This document shows, one piece after another, positions 17,690-27,120 of a DNA stretch of 64,000 bases. Source of the stretch: an uncultured Gammaproteobacteria bacterium (lineage in GTDB: Bacteria > Pseudomonadota > Gammaproteobacteria > Steroidobacterales > JBCBZW01); the NCBI GenBank assembly GCA_965369325.1, contig CBDUQI010000007.1, forward strand, positions 92-64,091, in the 5' to 3' direction. Under the pieces are notes generated by a model that saw nothing but the letters and a program-made list of their open reading frames with translations, was not told the DNA's origin and did no database searches. The position numbers and the translations under genes were made by a program. Numbering within the stretch: the first letter of the stretch is position 1; each line of letters opens with the position of its first letter.

Positions 17690-18501
17690 CAGCGCAGGCT
17701 ACGCAACCTTCCTTTTACGAAATCCTGATCCTTCAAACCAACGGAAAACTGGTAGTCACCGTAAAACAGGTCTGTGCTTTTATCAGTCTGATGATTCACC
17801 ATTCTCAGCGTTTGCGCCCGCCAGATCCCATCGTAGTTTTGATATTCCTCTAACGTGAGGGTTTTCAATAAATCACCGCGTCGATCGTAGAATTCAATTT
17901 TCCGAATTTGGAAAACCTGCTGATCAATCCAGACCAACTGTCGGGCGTAGCCGGAGCTCTCATACCTGGGTAGCCGCTCAAGCACATCGTAGATCACGCC
18001 ATCGTCGCCGTTCTCTGCACGCAGGTATTTGTAGGTGTACTTATTCAACTCCTGGGATGTAAAATCTTCAAACGCAAACTCCGACCCCACAAATGGACCG
18101 GATTTGTTGGCCGACGCGATACGTTTAACTCTTTTCAGGGCCGGCAGAAATAGCCACTGATCATCCGGCTCCAGGATTTTCGCATGGGACAGCAATGCGG
18201 TGCCTTCGATATCCCTCGGACTCTTAAACACCACCAGACTTTTGTCACCAAAAGCCTCATCTGCGACTTCCAATGTCGTAACACGCAGCTGGCGGGTGCT
18301 CTCCTGTCCGGCCGCGTTGCGCAGAATCATCTTCAGGGTGACTTTGCTATCGCCAAAGCCGCGATCAGATCGGTCCGCTCGGGCCGCAACGTCCAAGCCC
18401 TTCTGATCGGCATCTTGCGCTTGTGCGCTCACCGTCAAACCTAGCGCGCACAACAATACCGCACTACATACAACGTTGTTGGTAAGTGAATTAATAGACA
18501 A
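17689..18501 (-). CDS. LolA-like periplasmic protein (outer membrane lipoprotein-sorting protein family)
   Basis: 270 aa with a signal peptide. Family-like motif QWLFLPALKRVKRIASANKSGPFVGSEFAFEDF. TTG start after GGAG. Confidence 0.75.
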   Translation of the reverse strand: MSINSLTNNVVCSAVLLCALGLTVSAQAQDADQKGLDVAARADRSDRGFGDSKVTLKMILRNAAGQESTRQLRVTTLEVADEAFGDKSLVVFKSPRDIEGTALLSHAKILEPDDQWLFLPALKRVKRIASANKSGPFVGSEFAFEDFTSQELNKYTYKYLRAENGDDGVIYDVLERLPRYESSGYARQLVWIDQQVFQIRKIEFYDRRGDLLKTLTLEEYQNYDGIWRAQTLRMVNHQTDKSTDLFYGDYQFSVGLKDQDFVKGRLRSLR

Positions 18502-18563
18502 AGAATTCTCCGAAGTATTTCACGCCGAATTTTGAGCAACCTCAGCTAAGCCAATTTGTATAA

Positions 18564-20930
18564 TCAGGATGCCTCCGGTTGAGGAATTTTCCTGGCTGAA
18601 CCAACGACCAGCTTCTCTCCGCCCAAGAGCAGTAGCGCCGGCAGGAATAAAAAATCGAGTATAAGAGCGAAGATAATGGCCAGGGCCGTCAACAAACCGA
18701 GATCGGCATTCACTTTGAAACTGGACGTCACCAAGACAAGGAATCCAGAGGCCAATATGAGCGTGCTGACCATGATCGCTGTCCCTACACTGGTAAACGC
18801 GTAGCGGATAGAATCGGCCGAATCCAATCCTTTTTCGCGTCGCGCCCTCACGTATTTGGACAAAAAGTGCACCGTATCGTCTACCACGATACCTAACGAG
18901 ATAGAACCGACGATTGCGACAGAAAACCCCACCTCTCCCACCAGCAAGGCCCACGCCCCGAATGTAGCCAGAATCGGCAGCCCGTTTGGCACAAGACTTA
19001 GCAAGCCCAAAGGCCAACTGCGTAGCGCAATCACCATGATCAGTGCGATGGCTAGTATTGCAACAATTGTACCGCGAATCATGTTGCTTACGTTTCGCTC
19101 GGTAATGTATGTGAACATCACTTGTGCACTGGTCGGTTTCGCATGCATATACTCAGGCAGGTTTTGTTTGCCCCAAGCAGCCGTGTCCTGAAGAAACTTC
19201 TTGGCTTGCATTGTCGTTGAATTGTGCAGCGTTGCTGTAACTCGACTTGCCGATTTGTCAATGTTGATTCGATCATTCATATCCAGCCCGTACGGCAAAG
19301 ACATCTCGTACAACAAAAGGTATTGAGCTGACAATTCACGGTTGTCAGGAATCCGATAATACGCTGGATCATCGCCATGAAGATTCTTATTTAGTCGCTT
19401 CATCACATCGGAAATACTATATACATGCATTACCTCGGGATGGTTGCGTAGAAATTCGGCAAACTGCTCCAGTTTTTCCAAATAGAACGGTTCACTGACT
19501 GCTCCAGGGCCGGACGCGCCCACAGAAAACTCGATGGGATACATGCCGAAGTGCTTCAGTGCCCTGTCGCTGTCGGTTCGAAATTCAATACTCTCGTCAA
19601 AATAATCTACCCACTGAGTGTTATATTGAATTGAGGGAATGAATGCGATCAGCACTATCGAGGCTGCGCCAAGGCCGATCAACAACTTGTTTCTTTGGCT
19701 AATTGCGAAATCAGCAATTCGAACCATTAGGCGATGTGACCAGGATCGTCGGTGACTCACTTTTACCTTGAAGGGCAACAGGCTAACCATCGCCGGCAAT
19801 ACGGTAATGCTGTACAACCAAGCGGCCGCGATGCCTGCGGCTGTGATATTGCCCAAATGCCAAAACGGCGGAGAGTCTGAGAAGTTGAGCGCAAGAAACC
19901 CAACAATAGTCGTAATTGAAGTAATCGTGACGGGAAGAAAATTCAACCGCATCGCCTCGACGATCGCTGCGCCCTTCGCCAATCCTTCGCGCAGCGCAGC
20001 TCTGAAAGACACCAGGATATGAATCGAATCCGCAATAGCAAGTGTGAGGATTACGATAGGTGCCGAACCCGAGACGGGAGTGAGTTCGACCCCGGTAAAC
20101 CCCGCCACCCCCATTCCAACGGTAGTCGATAAGACAATGATCACCAAGGTCACGAATGTGCCACTGATGGACCTAAGAATAAGAACCGTCATGATCAAAA
20201 TGATGCCGAACATGACCGGTATTACGCTGCTAATATCGCGAATGGCGGCCTCTGAGAATGCATTGTTGAGCATCGACACACCGGTGAGCGAAATCTCCAA
20301 GTGTGGGTACTCAGCCTCAATACTATCTCTTACTTCACGGGCGGCCGCAGCGGCCTCAAACACCTCGGCCAGTCTCTCACCGGGGTACTGCAATATCACA
20401 TTGACAGCGGTTGCGTTCGCTTTAGGGGTGATAAGCTGGTTCAGTAGCAACGGCTCATCAAGCGCGATTTGTAGCTTACTCTCTAGTTCGGAACTGGATG
20501 CCGATTCAGCATTATTCACTAAATCTTCGACTATCAAGTCGTCATCTACACCTGTGGTACTTTGAAAATTGGTGAGCGAATCCACCCGAATCGCAAAGGG
20601 TATTTTCCAGGCTGAATCGGTAAGCGCCGTGATGGCAGTGAGCGTCTTGTTGCTGAACACAGTGCCGTCGTCCGGCTCCAAAACGAACAAGAAATTGTCG
20701 TTCTTAGTGTAGGTCTCCTGTACGTGCTCGAATGCCCTCAGCTCGGGATTGTCTGGTGAGAAGAAGACGCGGTAGTTGTTGGCGAATTCAAGCTTTAGTA
20801 TTCCTGCACCGACACCCGCAGCCAGGATGACGGCGCAAGCGATAACTCCCCAGCGAAATCGGATGACCCAACGAGCAAAGCCAGTTGCGAACTCGTCGAC
20901 GTTCTTAAAATACCCTGACACAACGAGCAC
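18564..20930 (-). CDS. RND-superfamily exporter of the MMPL / COG1033 type
   Basis: 788 aa with two 6-TM bundles, each preceded by a large soluble loop. SSD/MMPL-like segments (GVSMLNNAFSEAA..., VDDTVHFLSKY). GTG start. Confidence 0.85.
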   Translation of the reverse strand: MLVVSGYFKNVDEFATGFARWVIRFRWGVIACAVILAAGVGAGILKLEFANNYRVFFSPDNPELRAFEHVQETYTKNDNFLFVLEPDDGTVFSNKTLTAITALTDSAWKIPFAIRVDSLTNFQSTTGVDDDLIVEDLVNNAESASSSELESKLQIALDEPLLLNQLITPKANATAVNVILQYPGERLAEVFEAAAAAREVRDSIEAEYPHLEISLTGVSMLNNAFSEAAIRDISSVIPVMFGIILIMTVLILRSISGTFVTLVIIVLSTTVGMGVAGFTGVELTPVSGSAPIVILTLAIADSIHILVSFRAALREGLAKGAAIVEAMRLNFLPVTITSITTIVGFLALNFSDSPPFWHLGNITAAGIAAAWLYSITVLPAMVSLLPFKVKVSHRRSWSHRLMVRIADFAISQRNKLLIGLGAASIVLIAFIPSIQYNTQWVDYFDESIEFRTDSDRALKHFGMYPIEFSVGASGPGAVSEPFYLEKLEQFAEFLRNHPEVMHVYSISDVMKRLNKNLHGDDPAYYRIPDNRELSAQYLLLYEMSLPYGLDMNDRINIDKSASRVTATLHNSTTMQAKKFLQDTAAWGKQNLPEYMHAKPTSAQVMFTYITERNVSNMIRGTIVAILAIALIMVIALRSWPLGLLSLVPNGLPILATFGAWALLVGEVGFSVAIVGSISLGIVVDDTVHFLSKYVRARREKGLDSADSIRYAFTSVGTAIMVSTLILASGFLVLVTSSFKVNADLGLLTALAIIFALILDFLFLPALLLLGGEKLVVGSARKIPQPEAS

Positions 20931-21078
20931 CCCCGGAATGGTAAATCCTTGCTCAAACGCTCCATCAACGGCAGGCCCGCCTGTCGCGGCAATCCCCGCG
21001 CAGACTTTATCGCGATCGGCCCCCGTGCCATCGATCTAACACCTGTGCCGTAATGCCGCCCCAAACTCCCGATCCGAT

Positions 21079-21300
21079 TTATTCAATCGAACGACGCCAG
21101 CGTAACGCAGCCACCAATGCCCAAATACTCTCAGCAATCATAAATGGGTAAGAGCCCAACAAGAAAGCGTAGATCGCAGCCAGCAGGCAACCCAGCGCGA
21201 ATATACCCACGTAAATCGAGCCGCGAGACTCCAGAGCATAGCTGGCCACCATGATTGTGACTGCCAACAGACCGAATAGCTCAGTGGGATTACTGATCAT
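21079..21300 (-). CDS. small membrane protein (73 aa, 2-3 TM)
   Basis: Hydrophobic ORF, third gene of the operon driven by promoter site 2. No family assigned with confidence. Confidence 0.5.
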   Translation of the reverse strand: MISNPTELFGLLAVTIMVASYALESRGSIYVGIFALGCLLAAIYAFLLGSYPFMIAESIWALVAALRWRRSIE

Positions 21301-21337
21301 CGCGCACCGCCGACCCGACCAGGATGCTCAATGAACA

Positions 21338-21646
21338 CTATGTAATCGGTTTTTGCCTGCGCCACATCTTGAGCAAACGATAGCCCAGTAGCCCCAACAG
21401 CATCAATATTCCAACTAACCCGATAGCGACCCCGATCATCTCAACAATTGGCGGTGGGCTCAGCCACCTTGATGCCGCACTAAAACCGCCCAAACCGACC
21501 AATGCGAGAATGATTGGAAGTTCGCAGGCCACAATCGAAAGTACACCTATGAGCACGCCGGTAACACCGGCGCGCCGGATTTTCTTTGATGATGAACTGG
21601 GCGATGAGTTCGCATCGTGGGCGGAGCTGTTCACGGATTCACTCAT
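21338..21646 (-). CDS. small membrane protein (102 aa) with a Ser-rich N-terminus and one intramembrane Cys (VACELP)
   Basis: Two predicted TM helices. Its start overlaps the upstream stop by 4 nt (ATGA). Confidence 0.55.
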   Translation of the reverse strand: MSESVNSSAHDANSSPSSSSKKIRRAGVTGVLIGVLSIVACELPIILALVGLGGFSAASRWLSPPPIVEMIGVAIGLVGILMLLGLLGYRLLKMWRRQKPIT

Positions 21647-21963
21647 TGTACTCTACTCGTTATTGCGCTTCGGAAGATTTCGATCATATTCGCAGCCTCT
21701 GGAGGGCCTTGTATCAACAAGGACAATCCATCTGCAGGCTCGCTGATCGTGAAGGTCAGGAATCCGCAACACCCTTTTTCGGCGGATACGAACTCCTCTA
21801 CCTGTGCTCTGAGTAATTCGGAATCCTCAAACTCAACCTGAAACCCATCCGGTACGGATTGCGAGCTGAGGACCTTTGATATTACCAGTTCGCGGAGGGT
21901 CGATCGACGTTGCTTCCTCTCTTGCGACGACAACGTGCAGAAAAGTTCAGAATCATTTTGCAT
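21643..21963 (-). CDS. small cytoplasmic Cys-containing protein (CTL...GCCGFLTF motif)
   Basis: ORF 21643..21978 begins at GTG. ATG 21963 is preferred (MQNDSELFC...), 8 nt after GAGGAG. Cys9 plus the adjacent Cys pair resemble small proteins I recall next to MerR/ArsR regulators. That is a memory-based, weak recognition. Confidence 0.55.
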   Translation of the reverse strand: MQNDSELFCTLSSQERKQRRSTLRELVISKVLSSQSVPDGFQVEFEDSELLRAQVEEFVSAEKGCCGFLTFTISEPADGLSLLIQGPPEAANMIEIFRSAITSRVQ

Positions 21964-21995
21964 GCAGACACTCCTCACATAGATGGCTTACGGCC

Positions 21996-22026
21996 ACTCT
22001 ACAACTTAAAGCCGACTTTAAGTCAA
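21996..22026 (-). promoter_or_regulatory. MerR-type promoter, 19-bp spacer with near-perfect dyad (site 2)
   Basis: Minus-strand read: TTGACT (complement of 22021-22026), 19-nt spacer, TAGAGT (complement of 21996-22001). The spacer holds the dyad ACTTAAAG-N4-CTTTAAGT (22004-22023, 18 of 20 palindromic). Confidence 0.6.
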
Positions 22027-22170
22027 GCGCACCCACGGAGTGCGGCATCCTTCTATCCTTGCGTATAGGTAGTTTCCGAAGGTCCGTACGGCCATTGCGG
22101 ATGTGGCTTGCCTTGGTTAGTCAGCACAATAGCGGCCATTGATACCTGAGTTTGCCCGCTGGAGTCGCTC

Positions 22171-23598
22171 ATGGACCTCGCCAATACCTACAACGATAAG
22201 GTTGTGCGCCAGTTTTCGATCATGACGATTGTCTGGGGCATCGTCGGCATGCTCGTCGGCGTCATTATTGCTGCACAACTGTACTGGCCACAGCTCGGGT
22301 TCGACCTGCCGTGGCTCAGCTTCGGTCGGCTGCGACCGCTGCACACCAACGCGGTAGTATTCGCCTTTGGCGGCTGTGCGCTCATCGGCACCGCGTTCCA
22401 CGTGGTCCAGCGCACCTGTCATGTCCGACTGTTCGCCGACAAACTGGCGGCCTTCGTGTTCTGGGGATGGCAAGTGGTCATCGTACTAGCCGCGGTCACC
22501 CTACCCCTGGGACTGACGCAAAGTAAGGAGTACGCCGAACTCATTTGGCCCATCGACGTATTAATCGCCGTCGTGTGGGTTGCGTTTGCTGTCGTTTTTT
22601 TCGGCACCATCGCCAAACGTCGAGTTAAGCACATCTATGTGGCCAACTGGTTCTACGGGGCGTTCGTGCTGGCCATCGCAGTGCTGCACATTGTCAACTC
22701 GCTGGCCATTCCAACCTCACTCACCCACTCCTACCCCGTGTACTCGGGTGTCATCGATGCCATGGTGCAGTGGTGGTACGGGCACAATGCGGTGGGCTTT
22801 TTCTTAACCGCCGGCTTCCTTGGGATGATGTACTACTACGTGCCGAAGCAAGCCGAGCGCCCTGTTTATTCGTACCGCTTGTCGGTGGTGCATTTCTGGG
22901 CACTTATTTCGATCTACATGTGGGCCGGCCCACACCATCTGCACTACACCTCCGTGCCCGATTGGGCGCAGTCGCTTGGCATGGTGTTCTCGTTAATTCT
23001 GCTGGCTCCAAGTTGGGGCGGGATGATCAACGGCATGATGACCCTGAGCGGTGCCTGGGACAAACTTCGCGACGATCCGATTCTAAAGTTCATGATTGTC
23101 TCGCTCAGCTTCTACGGCATGTCGACCTTCGAGGGCCCCATGATGTCGATCAAGTCGGTCAACGCACTCTCCCATTACACCGACTGGACAATCGGTCATG
23201 TGCATTCCGGCGCACTGGGATGGGTGGCCATGATGACCATCGGTGCCATGTACAGCTTAATCCCGAAACTGTTCGGGCGTGAGCGCATGTACTCAATCGG
23301 GCTGATCAACACGCATTTTTGGATCATGACCATTGGCATCGTGCTCTACACGGTATCCATGTGGATCGCCGGGATTACTCAGGGGCTGATGTGGCGCGCG
23401 ACCAACCCTGACGGGACCTTAACCTACACGTTTATCGAGTCGTTGGTGGCCACATACCCGTACTATCTGATGCGTTTCATTGGGGGTCTGACGGTGCTCA
23501 TAGGCATGTTCATCATGGCGTACAACGTGTACAAAACGATACGCAGCGGCAGCCCCGAGAGCGCCCCTGTCCTTGCCCCGGCAGGAGCTACCGCATGA
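22171..23598 (+). CDS. ccoN: cbb3-type cytochrome c oxidase subunit I
   Basis: 475 aa, 12+ TM, haem-copper oxidase His ligands (HNAVGFF, HHLHY, GHVH). Typical N-terminus [15 protein letters not shown]. Confidence 0.95.
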   Translation: MDLANTYNDKVVRQFSIMTIVWGIVGMLVGVIIAAQLYWPQLGFDLPWLSFGRLRPLHTNAVVFAFGGCALIGTAFHVVQRTCHVRLFADKLAAFVFWGWQVVIVLAAVTLPLGLTQSKEYAELIWPIDVLIAVVWVAFAVVFFGTIAKRRVKHIYVANWFYGAFVLAIAVLHIVNSLAIPTSLTHSYPVYSGVIDAMVQWWYGHNAVGFFLTAGFLGMMYYYVPKQAERPVYSYRLSVVHFWALISIYMWAGPHHLHYTSVPDWAQSLGMVFSLILLAPSWGGMINGMMTLSGAWDKLRDDPILKFMIVSLSFYGMSTFEGPMMSIKSVNALSHYTDWTIGHVHSGALGWVAMMTIGAMYSLIPKLFGRERMYSIGLINTHFWIMTIGIVLYTVSMWIAGITQGLMWRATNPDGTLTYTFIESLVATYPYYLMRFIGGLTVLIGMFIMAYNVYKTIRSGSPESAPVLAPAGATA

Positions 23599-24254
23599 AA
23601 CACGAGAAGATCGAACGCAATGTCGGCTTGATGGGCGTACTGATTCTGCTCGTCATCAGCATTGCCGGACTGGTGGAGATTGTGCCCCTGGCTGGCCAGG
23701 CGCAGATCATCCAGCCCTCCGAGGGGATAGAGCCCTACGGCGCGCTGGCGCTGGCCGGTCGTGACATCTATGTGCGCGAGGGTTGTTACCTGTGCCACTC
23801 GCAGCAGATTCGCCCGTTCCGCGCCGAAACGCGTCGGTACGGTCACTACTCGCTTGCGGGGGAGTCGGTTTACGATCGCCCGTTCCAATGGGGCTCTAAA
23901 AGGACCGGCCCGGACCTGGCTAGGGTCGGGGGACGCTACAGCGACGAGTGGCACCGTGTGCACATGCTAAACCCCCGAGATGTCGTCCCTGAGTCGAACA
24001 TGCCCAGTTTTCCCTGGCTGGCCAAGGCTTCACCTGATCCAACGGTGATTGCAGGGCGCATGCGGGCCTTGCGCACGCTGGGCGACCCTTACACCGACGA
24101 GCAAATCGCTGGCGCCGCTGAGGCGATCGGCAGTGCGACCGAACTCGACGCGTTAGTGGCCTACCTGCAGGGGCTGGGTACAAACATCAGCCGCACTGCC
24201 CCTGCGCAGCTAACCGACACCGGGACGGCGACCGCTGCCAATGGAGGCCAGTAA
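23595..24254 (+). CDS. ccoO: cbb3-type cytochrome c oxidase subunit II (mono-haem)
   Basis: [13 protein letters not shown]..., single CYLCH haem site, ATGA overlap with ccoN. Confidence 0.95.
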   Translation: MKHEKIERNVGLMGVLILLVISIAGLVEIVPLAGQAQIIQPSEGIEPYGALALAGRDIYVREGCYLCHSQQIRPFRAETRRYGHYSLAGESVYDRPFQWGSKRTGPDLARVGGRYSDEWHRVHMLNPRDVVPESNMPSFPWLAKASPDPTVIAGRMRALRTLGDPYTDEQIAGAAEAIGSATELDALVAYLQGLGTNISRTAPAQLTDTGTATAANGGQ

Positions 24255-24463
24255 TGGACACGTTGATTGATTTTGGTTTGCTTCGCGGTCTGATCACCGT
24301 GGTCGTGTTCGCCGCGTTCGTCGGCGTGGTGGTGTGGGCTTACTCCAGCCGTCGAGCAACTGAGTTCGAAGCCGCATCGCGTCTGCCGCTGGACGAGGAG
24401 GATGCCCCGCCAGCCATCGCTGTCGGGGAAGGCGCTCTGTCAACGCCAGCGGTGGAGTCATGA
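24254..24463 (+). CDS. ccoQ: cbb3-type cytochrome c oxidase subunit CcoQ
   Basis: 69 aa, single TM, positioned between ccoO and ccoP, overlapping both neighbours. Confidence 0.75.
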   Translation: MDTLIDFGLLRGLITVVVFAAFVGVVVWAYSSRRATEFEAASRLPLDEEDAPPAIAVGEGALSTPAVES

Positions 24464-25377
24464 GCAGCGGTTGGCACTGGTTCGTGACCGTTCTAACGCT
24501 GATCAATATTATTGCCTGCCTGTGGCTGATTGTCTGGACGACCCGTCAGGGCGACAGCGAAAAAGAGGCGATGGAGACACTGGACCACTCGTGGGACGGT
24601 GACCTGCGTGAGCGCAACAACCCGCTGCCGCGCTGGTGGCTGTATTTGTTCGTCGCCACCATCATCTGGGGCATCGGCTACCTCTTGTGGTACCCAGGAT
24701 TGGGCGCGTATACGGGCATCTCAAAGTGGACGCAAATCGATCAGTATCTGGCCGAACGCGAGCGTATCGATGCCGTGTATCACCAAAAATTCAGCGAGCT
24801 TGCCAAGTTGGACTACGCACAGCTCAGCCGTCACCCCGAAGGCATGGAGATTGCCAGCCGACTGTTCGGTGCCAACTGCGCGACCTGTCATGGCGCCGAT
24901 GCTCGCGGCGCCAAAGGCTTCCCCAATTTGACTGACAGTGAATGGCTCTGGGGCAACGATGCGATCGCGATAACCCATACGATTACGAACGGACGGGTTG
25001 CCGCCATGCCGCCATGGGGCCCGGCGCTCGGCGAAGACGGGGTCAAAGCGGTGGTCGCCTATGTGCAGTCAATATCGGGACAAAACGTGGATTCCACGCT
25101 CGCCGACGCCGGCAAGACGCATTTCAGCGTCATGTGCATCGCCTGCCACGGTCCAACTGGGCAAGGCATGCAATTGCTCGGTGCACCCAACCTCACCGAC
25201 AACATCTGGCTGTACGGCAGCGATGCGCAGTCTCTGACACACTCGATCGCCAAAGGTCGCACCGGGAACATGCCCGCCCACGGCACCTTGCTGAGTGAGG
25301 AAGAGATAAAATTGCTCACCGCCTATGTACTGAGCCTGGGGCCCTCTCCTAACGCGCCGGCCGGCGGCGGGGGCTAG
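24460..25377 (+). CDS. ccoP: cbb3-type cytochrome c oxidase subunit III (di-haem)
   Basis: 305 aa, N-terminal TM, two CxxCH motifs (CATCH, CIACH). Confidence 0.9.
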   Translation: MSSGWHWFVTVLTLINIIACLWLIVWTTRQGDSEKEAMETLDHSWDGDLRERNNPLPRWWLYLFVATIIWGIGYLLWYPGLGAYTGISKWTQIDQYLAERERIDAVYHQKFSELAKLDYAQLSRHPEGMEIASRLFGANCATCHGADARGAKGFPNLTDSEWLWGNDAIAITHTITNGRVAAMPPWGPALGEDGVKAVVAYVQSISGQNVDSTLADAGKTHFSVMCIACHGPTGQGMQLLGAPNLTDNIWLYGSDAQSLTHSIAKGRTGNMPAHGTLLSEEEIKLLTAYVLSLGPSPNAPAGGGG

Positions 25378-25379
25378 CA

Positions 25380-25736
25380 ATGGAACACTGGAACCAGCGC
25401 AAACGCAGTATCGCGGTTGTCATCTGGCCCTCGTTCTTGACGGCGTGCCTCAGCACGTTATTGTTCTTTGCCTATATCGATGCCACCCGCTTGCAGCACG
25501 CCTTTGTGTTCGCGATCGACAACCTGAGCGATCAAGCGATCTACTCCATCGGGTTTCTATTTTTTTGGCTGATCGCCCTGGTCGCCACCGGCATCTCCAC
25601 CTGGTTGCTCCGCACAGAACGGCGCGCTCGCGATTTCCCAGTACTCGAGGAAGAGGCTCGCGAGAGCCTGGCCGGTCGCACAGGCGATCTGCCCGAGGAC
25701 TCGACCGATACGGGGGCGCCGCATGGCAAACATTGA
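25380..25736 (+). CDS. small membrane protein between ccoP and ccoG
   Basis: 118 aa, 2-3 TM, acidic tail. No family recognised. Coding status is inferred from position and hydrophobicity only. Confidence 0.45.
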   Translation: MEHWNQRKRSIAVVIWPSFLTACLSTLLFFAYIDATRLQHAFVFAIDNLSDQAIYSIGFLFFWLIALVATGISTWLLRTERRARDFPVLEEEARESLAGRTGDLPEDSTDTGAPHGKH

Positions 25737-27120
25737 TTCACCGGCGGGCGGGTCTCCGAGTGGATCTCTGTACGAAAAGCAGGCCAAAGTTTATCCGCAC
25801 GACGTGCAGGGCAAGTTCTCCAACCTTCGCCGCATTGCCATGTACGTGCTGTTGGGGCTTTTCTACGGGGTTGTCTGGCTCAAGTGGGACGGTCGCCAGG
25901 CAGTGCTGTTCGATCTCCCCGCGCGTCAGTTTCATATTTTTGAGCTTACGCTGTGGCCTCAGGACTTTATCTATCTCGCTCTTCTCCTGTTGATCCTAGC
26001 GCTAACGCTATTCTTTACCACCGCCTTGGCCGGGCGTCTGTGGTGTGGCTACGCCTGCCCGCAGACCGTGTGGACCGAAGCGTTTCTAGTGATGGAACGC
26101 TGGACAGAGGGGCCGCGCAACAAACGCATAAAGCTTGATCGCAGCCCTATGACTCGCGACAAACTTATACGCAAAGCGTCAAAGCAGTTTCTGTGGATCA
26201 CATTCTCCCTGTGGACAGGATTCACATTCGTTGGTTACTTCACGCCCGTGCGTGAGCTTAGCGCCGACATTCTGACCTGGACGGTGCATCCCTGGGGTGT
26301 GTTCTGGCTGTTGTTCTACGGCTTCGCCACCTACGGCAATGCCGGTTTTCTGCGCGAACAGGTGTGCAAGTACATGTGCCCTTACGCGCGCTTCCAAAGT
26401 GCCATGTTCGATAAGAACACGTTGATCATCGCGTATGATGAGAACCGTGGCGAACCGCGCGGTGGCCGCTCACGCAAGGCGCAACGCGCTGATAACACGA
26501 AGGGCGATTGTATTGACTGCACCTTATGCGTGCAGGTGTGTCCAACCGGGATCGACATCCGCGACGGGCTGCAGTATGAATGCATTGCCTGCGCTGCGTG
26601 CATCGATGTCTGCAACGACGTCATGGCCAAGATGCGATACCCGAAGAATCTCATCCGATACACCACTGAGAATGCCGACAATGGCAACGCGATCCGCATT
26701 CTTCGTCCACGCGTTATTCTGTACGCCACCTTGCTGGCCCTGATCACCGCCGGGATGCTGGTGTCGCTGGGAACCCGCACGCCGCTGCGCATGGAAGTGG
26801 TGCGCGACCGCAACGCCCTGTACCGACTCGTCGATAATCACCAGGTAGAAAACGTCTACACTCTGAGAGTGGTCAACATGACCGACACCCCCCAGCAGTA
26901 TTCGCTTCAGATCAGCGGCATGGAGGGCGTCCAAATGGACGTTCCACCACTCCACGTACCCGCGGCGCAGGCGCAGGCATTTGCTATTAGGCTGCGTGCG
27001 AACCAGAGTGACGGGTTCGGCGCCGTGCCCGTTACTCTCACGCTGCGTGCCGACACTAACCATCAGATCAACATCGAGCGCACCACCAAGTTCTTTTATC
27101 CTACCGAGGCTGCGCGATGA
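25723..27120 (+). CDS. ccoG: cbb3 oxidase accessory protein CcoG/FixG (4Fe-4S ferredoxin-type membrane protein)
   Basis: 465 aa. CGYACPQ, CKYMCPYARFQ and ferredoxin motifs CIDCTLCVQVCP / CIACAACIDVC. Confidence 0.9.
   Translation: MANIDSPAGGSPSGSLYEKQAKVYPHDVQGKFSNLRRIAMYVLLGLFYGVVWLKWDGRQAVLFDLPARQFHIFELTLWPQDFIYLALLLLILALTLFFTTALAGRLWCGYACPQTVWTEAFLVMERWTEGPRNKRIKLDRSPMTRDKLIRKASKQFLWITFSLWTGFTFVGYFTPVRELSADILTWTVHPWGVFWLLFYGFATYGNAGFLREQVCKYMCPYARFQSAMFDKNTLIIAYDENRGEPRGGRSRKAQRADNTKGDCIDCTLCVQVCPTGIDIRDGLQYECIACAACIDVCNDVMAKMRYPKNLIRYTTENADNGNAIRILRPRVILYATLLALITAGMLVSLGTRTPLRMEVVRDRNALYRLVDNHQVENVYTLRVVNMTDTPQQYSLQISGMEGVQMDVPPLHVPAAQAQAFAIRLRANQSDGFGAVPVTLTLRADTNHQINIERTTKFFYPTEAAR

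Noticed and set aside
22139-22152. Possible FNR/Anr/FixK box upstream of ccoN (TTGATACCTGAGTT).
   Set aside because: Only the left half-site TTGAT matches. The right half (GAGTT) does not resemble ATCAA. No convincing TTGAT-N4-ATCAA was found upstream of ccoN, fixL or the USP gene by eye.
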